From positions 30,938,001 through 31,002,000 of the forward strand of contig NC_043006.1 of NCBI RefSeq assembly GCF_006345805.1: a stretch of 64,000 nt of DNA, read 5' to 3'. The notes beneath the pieces were generated by a model, which saw only the letters and a list, made by a program, of their open reading frames with translations, ran no database searches and was not told the DNA's origin. Position 1 is the stretch's first letter. Each line of letters begins with the position of its first letter. Shown here piece after piece: positions 27,454 to 38,780 of the stretch. A program made the translations under genes and the position numbers. This stretch comes from Octopus sinensis (lineage: Eukaryota).

Positions 27454-27755
27454 GAGTAAAGATTATTTGCCAACATAACATGGCAGTCTTGGTTTAGGAC
27501 GCATGTTGCTGTAATTTAGCCCCAGGAGACATCGTCTCCAGCTGGCTATACCACACGATCTGTGTCCTTATATTTTCGAACAAGGGAATCTAGCACCCCC
27601 CACTCTGCTGAAAACAATATCTGTGTATCACGATTTATCACAATATCACGATTTCCAGGTTATTTCCCTTCATTCCTCCCAAACCAGGACTGCCATGTTA
27701 TGTTGGCAAATAATGTTTACCCCAAACTACTGTTGCTGAATAGTAATTTTCAGTC
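27454..27755. mobile_element. 302-bp MITE with perfect 8-bp TSD, inserted in a family A SINE
   Basis: TTAGGGTG at 27446-27453 and 27756-27763. Imperfect terminal IR (GAGTAAAGATTATT versus reverse complement GACTGAAAATTACT) and a subterminal IR of about 40 bp. Confidence 0.85.
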
Positions 27756-29551
27756 TTAGGGTGTTTACGTTCCTTTAACTTCAACAAATGAGATTGGTAG
27801 ATCAAGTGCCTGGTTTAATAAAAATATCAGGACTTGGGCTGAAAATTCTTCAAGGCGATGCCCCAGCATGGCCACAGTCAAGCAACAGAAACAAGTGAAA
27901 AATAAAAGATCTGCAAAGGTATTAGACTTAGTTGTGTGGTTAAGTTTGTCTTGCTACCATTTGGATCCAAGAGAACTTCTTAACCCCTCAGCCAAAACCT
28001 GTTTCCATTATTAAAGAATCCCTTTAATTCTGTTGAAGTTGACTTTGCTGTTTGCCATTTCAGGGTTGATGAAATAAATACCAGTCAAGTATTGGGGGTC
28101 GATGTAATCAACTTGGCCCCCTCCCTAATAAATTTCAGGCTTTGTGCCAAAATAATAAAGGATTATGAAAGAATCCTCTGACTTTCCTGTCTGATTTGTA
28201 GATGACCCCTGGAGTTAGGTGAAATATTTACAATACGGAAATAAAAGATGAAAATGTTTTGTTTTATAAAAGGGTGGGTGTGTTGGGTGGAAGTACAGGT
28301 CAGTTCTGATCAAGGAAATCCATGGGCAGAGACATTCATTCTAGCCACAACTGTCCTTCTTTCTGCCTCTCCTAGATTCATGCTTTTTCTTTTTAAAGAC
28401 AATACTCTATGATTAAAAGTGAATTTGACTGCCATTTCTTGCATGCGAAACAACCAAATAGAGGCTTCTATGTCAGCTCATGGGAAGAGCTTCTGAGAGA
28501 GAGAGGGAGCGTGTTGGGTGGGGGTTACATCAGAAAAGTAGAGGAGGACAAGGAGGTGCTCCATGCCCCCACCCTCCCTTCTTGCTACCACCCCCCACCA
28601 CCACCACCACCAGTTGTGAGAAATGTTTGTATTTGAGGTTACCTGGTTGGTTGGAGTTGAGAGGACATGAAGATATTTGCCTTGGAGACGGGAGGGGGTG
28701 GTGGTGGTTGGCGATGGTGGTGGCGGCTGGTGGTGGTGATGGTGGAGGCAGTGGTGGCCATAGTATTGCTCTGCAAACAAATCTAGGGTGGTGTTCTTGA
28801 TTCTTGTTTGTTTATTCTTGTGAAATTAGCTGTCACTCACTCAAAAATTCAACCCTGAAATGAAACTATCTTTGCTGTTTATTACCTTCTGGATATTTCT
28901 TTTCATTTTTCCCTCCAAATTAATTCACATCTTTTAACACTTTTCGCCTATTTTCCATGTCAGATGTTTTGCATTTGCATTTTTTTTTTTTTTTCTATTC
29001 TCCCCATCGTTTCCTAGATTTCATCTTTTATTTTATCTTTCTGCTTAATCCTTCTTCCCACCCCCAATTTTTATTTCATTGTTTCCTGTTTTTTTTTTAA
29101 AGTTTTCTGATTCTTGAAACTGTCTTAAAAATCATTGAGTGTTTCATTAAAAATGAAATAACCAACTGGGTAAAGATTTCAACTCCAAGCTCATATAATG
29201 TCTCAAGTATAAATCTACTGTAGCTGTTTGGGGTGCGTGTGTGTGTGGTGTTGTTGTGGCAGACTTTGAAGAAATCCTGGGAAGCATTTTGTCCATGCAG
29301 AGGGAGGATTCTGCCAGTTTGCCACTCCCAGTGGTAATAATAATGGTTTCAAATTTTGGCACAAGGCCTGCAATTTTGGGGGAAGGGGATAAGTTGATTA
29401 CATTGACCCCCATCTCCCCCAATGATTTACATTGAAAGGATGAAAGGCAAAGTTGACTTTGGTGCAATTGGAACTCAGAATGTAAAATCAGACAAAATGC
29501 CATTAAGAATTTTACCTGGCATGCAAACGATTCCGCCAGCTCACCTCCTTA

Positions 29552-30160
29552 ATCATCATCATCATCGTTTAACGTCCACTTTCCATGCTGGCATGGGCTG
29601 AATGGTTTGACTGAGGACTGGCAAGGCTAGTTGGCTGCACCAGGCTCCAATCTAATCTGGCAATGTTTCTACGGCTGGATGCCCTTCCTAATGCCAACTA
29701 TTCCCAGAGTGTAGTTGATGCATTTTATGTGCCACCGGCATGGGGGTCAGTAAGGTCGCACTGGCATCAGCCACACTCAAATGGTACTTTTTATGTTCCA
29801 CTGGCACAGGTGCCAGTCAAGTGTCACTGGCATCAACCATGCTTCAATGGTAGCTTTTACTTGTCACTGGCACAGGAGCCAGTCAGGCGGCACTGGCTTC
29901 GACCACACTCAAATGGTGATTTTTACGTCCCACTGGCACAGGTGCCAGTCAGGTGGTACTGGCATTAGCTACGACAATAATTTCACTTGACTCAACAGGT
30001 CTTCTGAAGTACAGCATATTGGCCAACAGTTGAAAGGAACTCTTAAATGACCTGGATATGTGACACTGGCATAGGCCATTGCTATGATCTCACTTGGCTT
30101 GTTGGGTCTTCTCAAGCACAGCATATCTCTAAAGGTCTTGGCCGCTTGTCATTGCTTCCA
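29552..30160 (-). mobile_element. RTE LINE 3' end with four internal tandem units of about 65 bp
   Basis: RTE tail plus repeats ttttaYgtgccactggcacaggWgccagtcaggcggcactggc at about 29720-29970. 30080-30160 matches the ORF2 end seen at 37805-37875. Confidence 0.8.
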
Positions 30161-30564
30161 TAATAATGATAAAATATTGTTTCTTTCCAAAATGGGGTGA
30201 CAATATAATAATGTGGTATTCATACCTTTCCTAAATCTACTGACAAAAATAAAAAAAAACAGAGGCAACCCACTATGGAAACCATGTTTACCAAGAAACC
30301 CTTTGCTACACAGAACTGTTTACTTAGAAGTGTTCTCTCTTACACACACCCATCCTTCTCTCTTTCTCTCTCTCTCCCTCTGTCTGTCTGTCTGTCTCTT
30401 AAAAACACACACACACTTACCACTGTCTGAATTCCAACAAGGGAGTCTTTATTACTACACTGGAGCCAGAGTCTGGCTCCCTGTTGCCAAGGAAATACCT
30501 ACGAATACTCATACATATATGCATACATAAGCACACAAGACATAGATGCATTGATATAAGCACA

Positions 30565-30609
<45 letters not shown>

Positions 30610-31320
30610 TAAATATGAAGGAAATGCCAAAATAGAGGCCAAAGAACTGCACAGTTTCAAAACACTTAAAGTGTCACAGACAAATCTGTTTTCTTTTTTC
30701 AGACATACAAGTGTAAGAGGGTGGAAATAATATGGATAGGGTGGGGGGTAGATGAGTTAATGAGACTCTATGTAAGTGTGGATATCTTGCAAAAATCTAA
30801 TGTAATAAATGTTTTTGTTGAGATTAGCTGTGGACTGAAATGTTGTTGGTTCTGTGGGTCATGGCTGCTGAAAAAGGAGTTGCACTTCACTTTATCGGCT
30901 CACTTGCCTCTATTTTGGGCTTGCTTTAATAGACTCTGTGTCTTCTGTGTGTGCGTACGAATGTTTACATATACATTTGAGATCATGTGATATTTAATGC
31001 TACTATACTAATCTGTATGTGTATGTGTCTGCACCCACACCTACATACATATTATAAGTACCTGCCTACATTTTATATACATACATGTATGTAGGAGTGT
31101 AACTGAGTCGTAAACTTTGCAGTTATAAAACCTGTGGGTTTTATAACTAGTGTCTACCACTTCCATGTGTTGGGTCAACCCAACCCATGGAAGTTTGATA
31201 GAACATTATGGAAGGTTGTTGACTATAAATCAGCAATGTCCATGCATGTGTCTCTGGATAGTTCTCACCGAGTATCAAATCAGGGATTATTTACATTATT
31301 TACACTTGACGGATATTTGT

Positions 31321-31364
31321 CACAACATTTCGGCTGATATACCCTCCAGCCTTCATCAGGTGTC
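31321..31364 (-). ncRNA. Minimal type I hammerhead ribozyme motif (PLE-type), one CpG-type mutation
   Basis: gacac-CTGATGA-a-ggctg-gagggtatat-cagcc-GAAA-tgtt-gtg: both core boxes, a 5-bp stem II (ggctg/cagcc) and stem I cac/gtg. Confidence 0.75.
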
Positions 31365-31423
31365 TTGGGGAAATTTTGAACTTGAGTTCTCATTCCTAAG
31401 GTATTTTTTGATATTATTATTCA

Positions 31424-31496
31424 GGTCACTGCCTGGAATCGAACTCAGAATCTTGGGGTTAATAGCTTGTGCTCTTAACCACTATGCCATATACCC
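31424..31496 (-). promoter_or_regulatory. tRNA-like Pol III internal promoter (A and B box) inside the PLE 3' region
   Basis: The minus strand reads gggtatatggcatagtggttaagagcacaagctattaaccccaagattctgagttcgattccaggcagtgacc, with A box TGGCATAGTGG (31479-31489) and B box GAGTTCGATTC (31436-31446) at tRNA-like spacing. The acceptor stem is poor, so it is not a functional tRNA. Confidence 0.7.
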
Positions 31497-31954
31497 GTGG
31501 GCAATTATGGAGTGAAATTTTTAGGGCTCATAAATCTAATATTTTCCTATCCTTCCTTAATACTGGTTCCCATATGCTACTCATATCTGCACTTGGTCTA
31601 CTTAGGAGGTTATTATGTCCCAGCATATATGCTGCCTCTTTTAGTTTTCGTATTTTCCAGTGGTGTTCTCTGTCTATTATTTTAACTTCATCCCACAGGG
31701 AGAGGTGGCCTCCATTTTTCCATACATGATCAGCTATACCTGATTTATTAATATCTGCTCATGTCACATCTGAAACACAAGAGTTTTTAAAAACTTTTTT
31801 GTATCTTAGAAGTCTGCTGCTGGAACGAAAACTTGAAGGAATGTTCTAGCTATTGTTGCCAACATTGCAGCACAAGGGACACCAAAGACTCTTTTTTTTT
31901 TTTTTTTTTGCTTTTAGTCATGTGATAGTTAATAATAACAAGGATAATAACAAT

Positions 31955-32600
31955 AATGCATTCAAATTTTGGTACAAGGCCAGCAAGTTTGGGGGAGGGG
32001 TTAAGTCAATTACATCAACCCCAGTGCTCAACTGGTACTTATTTTATCGACCTTGAAAGGGTGAAAGGTAAAGTCTACCTTGGCACAATTTGAACTCAGA
32101 ACATAGGGACGGATGAAATGCTTCTAAGCATTTCGCCTGGCATGCTAACGATTCTGCCAGCTCGCCACCTTAACAATAATAATAATAATTATGATAATAA
32201 TAATAATAATACTTTCTACTGGAGGCACAAGGCCTCAGATTTGAGAGGAGGGGGCTAGTTGATTACATTGACCCCAGTGTTTCACTTGCACTTAATTTAT
32301 CAACCCCAAAAAGGGCAAAAGGTAAAGTCGACCTTGGTGGAAATTGAACTCAGAATGTGGCGATGGGTGAAATACTGTTAAGCATTTCATCCAACGTGCT
32401 AACAATTTTGCCAGCTCACCACCTTAATAATAATAATAATAATAATAATCATTTCTACTATAGTCACAAGGCTTGAAATATCTTGCCCAGTGCTCAACTG
32501 GTACTTATTTTATCAACCCCAAAAGAGTGAAAGGCAAAGTTGACCTTTGCAGAATTTGAACTTGGAGCACAGAAGATAGAAGAAACCCTGCTAAACATTT
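31955..32600 (-). mobile_element. Tandem array of three family B SINEs separated by (TAA)n
   Basis: Copies at about 31955-32171, 32210-32426 and 32450-32600, in the same orientation with TAA runs between them. Confidence 0.8.
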
Positions 32601-32848
32601 TGTGTGGGAGACTCTTGTCTGTTGGAATGGATCCCAGTAAATGTGTTTGGTGGTATTTTATTGACTTCTTTGAAAGTGAAGACTTAAGCATGATACATAT
32701 AAGGGGTTGAATCGAAATTCAGTCAGGACTGGCATGTATAAATGTGTGTGTATGTGTGTGTGTGTGAGAACAGTAAGGATTTGTATATGTTTACATATGT
32801 GCACACACAAACGCATGTGGATAGACAGTAATACACATACATGTATGA

Positions 32849-32887
<39 letters not shown>

Positions 32888-35504
32888 ATTTGAAACTTTG
32901 TCCACCTTGTCAGGGTGGATTGTAAAGAGTGACCAAGAAGGGTTGGTGACAGGAAGAGCATCTGGTCATCATAAAACATTATATCAGATAACCTGTCTGC
33001 ATTTATGAGTTTGGGAAAGGGAATGGGGAAAAGATCGTGACACCCCCACCCCGTCCCATCTTTTGCGTGGACTCTCCCTTTCAAGCATGGATAGAAACTT
33101 GTCACTTGTCAAAACTCTGAGTACCAACTGTAAATCACAATCTTCTGTACAAATAAAAAGACTCGATAACATGGGTGGAGTACCTGTTCATTCATTTGTT
33201 AAATCAGTGTCTGTGTGTGTGTGTGTGGGGGGGGGGCGTGTGTTGTGTGTGTGTGTGTGGGGGGGGGGCGTATGTATGTGTGTGGGTGATATATATATCA
33301 ATTAAAAACAATCTCTGGTTGACAATTTATTACTGACCCTAGGTTTATGTAGCAAGCAAGAGGGGTGATAAATAATGTTTTTATTAGGGTATAGTTTAAT
33401 CACACACACACACACACACTTTTGTATTGTCAGTAGTTTTGGAACATGTACTGTTGCTGAATGTCCAGGTGTTAGAAAGATGTGAAGAGGAAAAGGAACA
33501 GCTGATGCCAGTGCTGGGCTGTACCTGGTTTTGGAGTGACAAGTTAAACCTGTTAGGGATTAGAAAAGTGTGGAACACCCAAAACCACAATAAAAATGAT
33601 GATGATGATGTTGTTTCCTTTATTAGTCCCAAAGGCTCAAAGAAATACTATAAAATGCAAAGTACATTGAAGAGGGGTCTTGGAAAAGGATGTGCTGCAG
33701 AACAGACCAGAGAAATTCTACGAAGATGAAGGGTGAGACATGACATACAAAAGATAACTTGATGAAATAAAAACATCTTTTATCTTTTACTTGTTTCAGT
33801 TATTAGACTGTGGCCATGCTGGGGCATTCATTTGAAGAACATTTAGTTGAATGAATCGACTCTAGGACCTTTTTTTAAAGCCTGGTACTTATTCTATTGG
33901 TCTCTTTTGCTGAACTGCTAAGTTACTGGGGACATGAACAAACCAACACCAGTTGTCGAGTGGTGGTAGGAAAGAAACACACACACATACTTCTTTCAGT
34001 TTCCTTCTACCAAATCTACTCACAACCTCAACCTTTGGGCTGGCTGGTATCCATTCTCCCTTGCTATCATGGAGCTTTTTTTGAGCTGGGTTTTCTATGG
34101 GGAGCATGCTCTTGCTTACCCCCAACCTCAGTTGATCTCGAGACCAAGGCCTCTACCATGATTTTTAAGAAATGTGGTGGAAAACTATCTCAGAAAGGTA
34201 GGGATGCTACTCTCTGATACCGCTTTTGGAGCCCCCCCCCCACCTACATTTGATGATGGGTTCTAATTGAAGCCCAGGGCCAGCGATTGTGTAAGCACTG
34301 GTTAGTTGATGCCATCAACCTCAATATGTAACTGGTACTTCATTTCATCGATACCCAAAGAATAAAAAAATAAAGGTTATCTTAATGGGATTTGAACTCT
34401 GAATGTAAAAAAGAAATCTCTTTAATGATTCTGCTAATCTCCTTCCTCATTTTACATTTTGATCTCTGGTTTCCCATCCATGCATGAAGTGCAAAACATT
34501 GTTCTAACTGATTCCTCACACATATTGAGAAGAGCTTTGTTGCTATGAGGACAATTACAACCCATGGAAAGTTTTTCTTTTCTTTCTTTCACATAACTTT
34601 GTAAACAAACAATCTGGTGTGTTTATTCGAATGACTTATGAATGTATACAGTAAGTTTTTTGCCCTAGGTGTCAGGAAGACACTCAGCAAGAAATAGACT
34701 AATTTGAAAGAAGAAAAATCCACGATGATAATGATGATGATGGCTACAAATTTTGGCACAAGGCCAGCAATTTTGGGGTAAGGGGTCAGTTGATACCATT
34801 GACCCCCGTACTTGACTGATACTTAACTTTACTGACCCTGAAAGAATGAAAGGCAAAGTCAACCTTAGTGGGATTTGAACTCACAACATAACAGTGGAAG
34901 AAATACTGCTCAGCATTTTGTCTGCTGTGCCAATGATTCTGCCAGCTCCATGTCTTTATCATGATAATAATAATGATAATAGTAATAGTAACAACAACAA
35001 CAACAACACAACAACATTTCAAAATTTGGCACAAAGCCAGCAATTTTGAGGGGAAGAGGCACATGACCCCCTGTACTTGAATGGTTACTTTATCATCTCC
35101 CCTCCTCTACCTCAAAGAAAATGAAAGGTAGAATTGACCTATAATAATAATGATGATGAAAGAAATGTATGTAGAAGTCAAAATAATTTGACCTAACACC
35201 TGGTTTGTGTTCAAAGCAGTCCTCTTTAGTTATTGAACCTGTAATGCATTTTATAAGGTTGTTGTTATTGGTTGGTCTTGTTAGTAAGAAAGGAGAAAAA
35301 CACAAGAAACCATTCAAAGATCAATGACATGTGAATCCTTGGAATGTTTAACAAGTTACATGACATGTTGAAATGGTTTATTTATCAGGGAAGATGTTGT
35401 TGTTGTTGTTGTTGTTGTCTGCATGGCTGCTGGTCTCCTGACAAACATTAATATCGTATTCATTTTCCAAATAAGACAGCCATCTAAAATGTGTGTGTGT
35501 GTGT

Positions 35505-35535
<31 letters not shown>

Positions 35536-35784
35536 CAGGGTTCGGTGGGGGTGGGGTGGGTGATTGCAGGATTAACCTGTGGAATGTCTTCTTCACTGAT
35601 TGGAGCTGATTCACATCAAATCGTAAATGACCTACTAGACTGCTGTCTGGGTAATATTGTTCATAGATGAAGGGATGATACTACAACAAGTGTAGCATAT
35701 TAATGTCCAAACCCTGCTGTATGACGAGGAATCTCATGGTAGAGGAATCCTCCCCATGCATTCTGGAAGAGCATCATTTCATAT

Positions 35785-36016
35785 TTTTTTTTATTGCCCA
35801 CAAGGGGCTAAACATAGAGGGAACAAACAAGGACAGAGAAAGGGATTAAGTCAATTACATCGACCCCAGTGCATAACTGGTACTTAGTCTATCGATCCTG
35901 AAAGGATGAAAGGCAAAGTCGACCTTGGCGGAATTTGAACTCAGAACGTAGCGGCAGACGAAATACTGCTAAGCATTTCGCCCGGTGTGCTAACGTTTCT
36001 GCCAGCTTGCCGCCTT
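35785..36016 (-). mobile_element. Family B SINE (alternative 3' end) with TSD
   Basis: Flanking direct repeat agcatcatttc at 35770-35780 and 36019-36029; CpG-rich, so probably young. Confidence 0.85.
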
Positions 36017-36956
36017 AAAGCATCATTTCTATCCTCCCACAGTTCCTGCACTGCTAATATATCCGACAAGGGAGATAATTTCATCATCATCGTTTAACGT
36101 CCTCTTTCCATGCTGGCATGAGTTGGACGGTTTGACTGAGGTCTGGAAAGCCAGCAGCTACACCAGGCTCCAATCTGATCTGGCAATTTTTCTACAGCTG
36201 GATACCCTTCCTAATGCCAACCACTCCAACAGTGTAGTGGGTGTAATTAACGTGCCACTGGCACAGGAGTCAGTCAGGTGGGCTTGGCATTGATCATGTT
36301 CGGATAGTGCTTTTTACGTGCCACCAGCATGGGAGCCAGTCAGGGGCCACTGGCATCAACCAAGTTCAGATGATGCATTTTACGTGCCACTGGCACAGGA
36401 GCCAGTCAGTGGGCACTGGCCACAGCTACGACGTTAGTTTTACTTGACACAACAGGTCTTCTCAAGCATATTGTCTCCCCCAATGCACCAAGGGTACTTT
36501 TAAATGAGCCTGACATGCAACCCATAGTACATCTTAGGATATTGTAATATGTTGAACAACTGTTTTAATGGTTTTGAATATATTTTACAAATCTGTCTCA
36601 GTTGTTGCTATTGCATTCTATACCTTCAATTAATCAGCTAACATCCAATCAAGTTAAACTCTGATTGCAATAACAGCTGTTATTTGTTCAAAGTGGTTAC
36701 CATATCCAGTTTTATCATCAATTCTCAGCAGCATCATTGAGCTGTGGTTTTATGCTAGGCTTTGAGAGGCTAAAGTATGAGGGACAAGCTCAGGTGTCCT
36801 CTCCTCCTATCTAATTGTTGGTTCTTTTAATGCTCAATGCACTCAATGTTAACACCAACTTCAACAAGGCATATATACATCTGCATTTCAAAATGTAACC
36901 GTGTTTTCATGGGTGATTTTCTTTCTCTGTCTTTCCTTCCTTTGGATTTTCTTCTA

Positions 36957-36989
36957 TTTCTGAAGAATAGCTTGGCTTGAAATGTTAAA
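36957..36989 (+). ncRNA. Degenerate minimal hammerhead-like motif in a probable PLE fragment
   Basis: ttt-CTGAAGA-atagcttggctt-GAAA-tgtt-aaa: core boxes, short stem II (agc/gct) and stem I ttt/aaa. Confidence 0.5.
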
Positions 36990-37120
36990 TTCTTCCTTTC
37001 TTGAGGGCTTGATAATACAGTACTTGTACCACGTCCTCGTGTTATTGGTTTTTCTTGCTTGTTCTTCTTTGTTTGAATTCACTATATATGTATGTATATG
37101 TATATATATTGTATATATAT

Positions 37121-38097
37121 CATCATCGTTTAACGTCCGTTCTCCATGCTAGCATGGGTTGGACGGTTCGACCGGGGATCTGGGAAGCCAGAAGGCTGCA
37201 CCAGGCTCCAGTCTTATCTGGCAATGTTTCTACAGCTGGATGCCCTTCCTAACGCCAACCACTCTGTGAGTGTAGTGGGTGCTTTTTACGTGCCACCTGC
37301 ACAGGTGCCAGGCGAGGCTGGTAACGGCCACGGTCGGATTGGTGTATTTTATGTGCCACCGGCACGGAAGCCAGTCGAGGCGGTGCTGGCATTGGCCACG
37401 AGTCGGATGGTGCTTTTTACGTACCACCAGACCAGGGATCCTGGCTGGTTCAATTCGATTTCGATTTCGCTTGCCCCAACATGTCTTCACAGGCAAAGGG
37501 GGTTGGCATGGGTGCCTGTCGTATGGTCGGATTGGTGTATTTTACGTGCCACCGGCATGGAAGCCAGTGGAGGCGGCGCTGTCATCGGCCACGAGTCGGA
37601 TAGTGCTTTTTACATACCACCAGACCAGGGATCCTGGCTGGTTCAATTCGATTTCGATTTCACTTTCGCTTGCCCCAACATGTCTTCGCAAGCAAAGGGG
37701 GTTGGCATGGGTGCCTGTCGTCGGATGAGGTTCTATATCGACTTTGCTTGCCTCAACAGGTCTTTGTGTCCAAGGGAGGAAAGGCATTCATAAGTGGGCT
37801 GGGCTCACTTGTCCTGCCTGGTCTTCTCACGTACAGAATATTTCCAAAGGTTTCGGTCGCTGGTCATTTCCTCAGTGAGGCCTAAAGTTCGAAGGTCGTG
37901 CTTCACCACCTCGTCCCAGGTTTTCCTGGGTCTACCTCTTCCACGGGTTCCCTCAACTGCTAGGGATTGGCACTTTCTCACACACCTATCTTCATCCATT
38001 CTCGCCACATGACCATACCAGCGTAATCGTCTCTCTTGCACACCACAACTGATGCTTCTTAGGTACAACATTTCTCTCAAGGTGCTAACGCTCTGTC
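37121..38097 (-). mobile_element. Young 5'-truncated RTE LINE: ORF2 C-terminus and complete 3' UTR
   Basis: The ORF ending at 37805 reads LRSISCGVQERRLRWYGHVARMDEDRCVRKCQSLAVEGTRGRGRPRKTWDEVVKHDLRTLGL...KTRQDK*, followed by a 3' UTR of about 680 nt ending in (GAT)n. Flanked by TA-rich repeats; CpGs are retained. Confidence 0.92.
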
Positions 38098-38099
38098 GA

Positions 38100-38138
<39 letters not shown>

Positions 38139-38536
38139 CATCATTATCATTGTTTAACGTCCATCTTCCATGCAGGCATGGGTAGGATGGTTGACAGGAG
38201 CCACCCAAGTAGAAAAACTACCCTAAGCCACTAGTCTGTTTTTGCAGGGATTTTATGGCTGGATGTCCTTCCTAACACCAACCACTCTGCAGAGTGGACT
38301 TGGTGCTTTTTATGTGGCACAAGCACAGGTAAAGTTGGTTTTGGCAAGATTTTTACAGCTAGATGCCCATCCAAATGCCAACCTGTGTGGACTAGATGCT
38401 TTTAACGTGGCACCAGCACTGGCAGGGTAACCAAGTAAGTCACAAGACAAGGAATTATGAGAGGTGTAGGGCATTTGAGGAGGGGAACTTGTGTCAGAGG
38501 ATGAAAGGTTAGAGTGTGACAGAGAAAATGGACATT

Positions 38537-38780
38537 AAAATAAGCAAAATCTGGATAAGCTAGGGTTTTCAGAACAAAGAACTCAACCAACTGATTCACA
38601 TATTACAAACACAATCTGTAAATGGAACAGTAAAAATATGCAAGACTTTCTTCAAGTTTAAAATGAGACTTTGCTTTAGTTATCAACATTCCAACGATGG
38701 AGTTTTGTATCTTTGTAAGAAACCAACTCCTTCTTCAGAGGAAGAATTTAGATAATTAAAAACAGAAGAGAACATACGTG
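38537..38780 (+). mobile_element. RLE-type (R4-like) LINE 3' end, second family
   Basis: NLDKLGFSE/ELNQLIHILQTQSVNGTVKICKTFFKFKM followed by a 3' UTR. Same family as 59530-60120(-). Confidence 0.7.

Larger units (their letters stand above)
31270..31770 (-). mobile_element. Penelope-like element 3' part: GIY-YIG endonuclease C-terminus, tRNA-like module and hammerhead ribozyme
   Basis: Stop-free frame 31758->31528 (no ATG at its start, absent from the ORF track): ADINKSGIADHVWKNGGHLSLWDEVKIIDREHHWKIRKLKEAAYMLGHNNLLSRPSADMSSIWEPVLRKDRKILDL*. This is typical of PLE endonuclease tails (S.IA.H...H...WD.VKI.D.E..W..RK.KEA). Confidence 0.85.

Noticed and set aside
29720-29970. Regularly spaced palindromic repeats resembling a CRISPR array
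   Set aside because: The intervening segments are homologous to each other, the unit is part of an RTE 3' UTR, the context is eukaryotic and there are no cas genes.
37146-37793. 215-aa ORF on + strand (longest in the track)
   Set aside because: It is antisense to the RTE 3' UTR and stays open because of GC-rich tandem modules; no recognisable domain.
38690-38745. Minus-strand CTGAAGA plus hairpin resembling a hammerhead
   Set aside because: There is no GAAA box after the stem. It is the 3' UTR hairpin of the RLE-LINE family, and the sister copy near 59575 lacks CTGAAGA.
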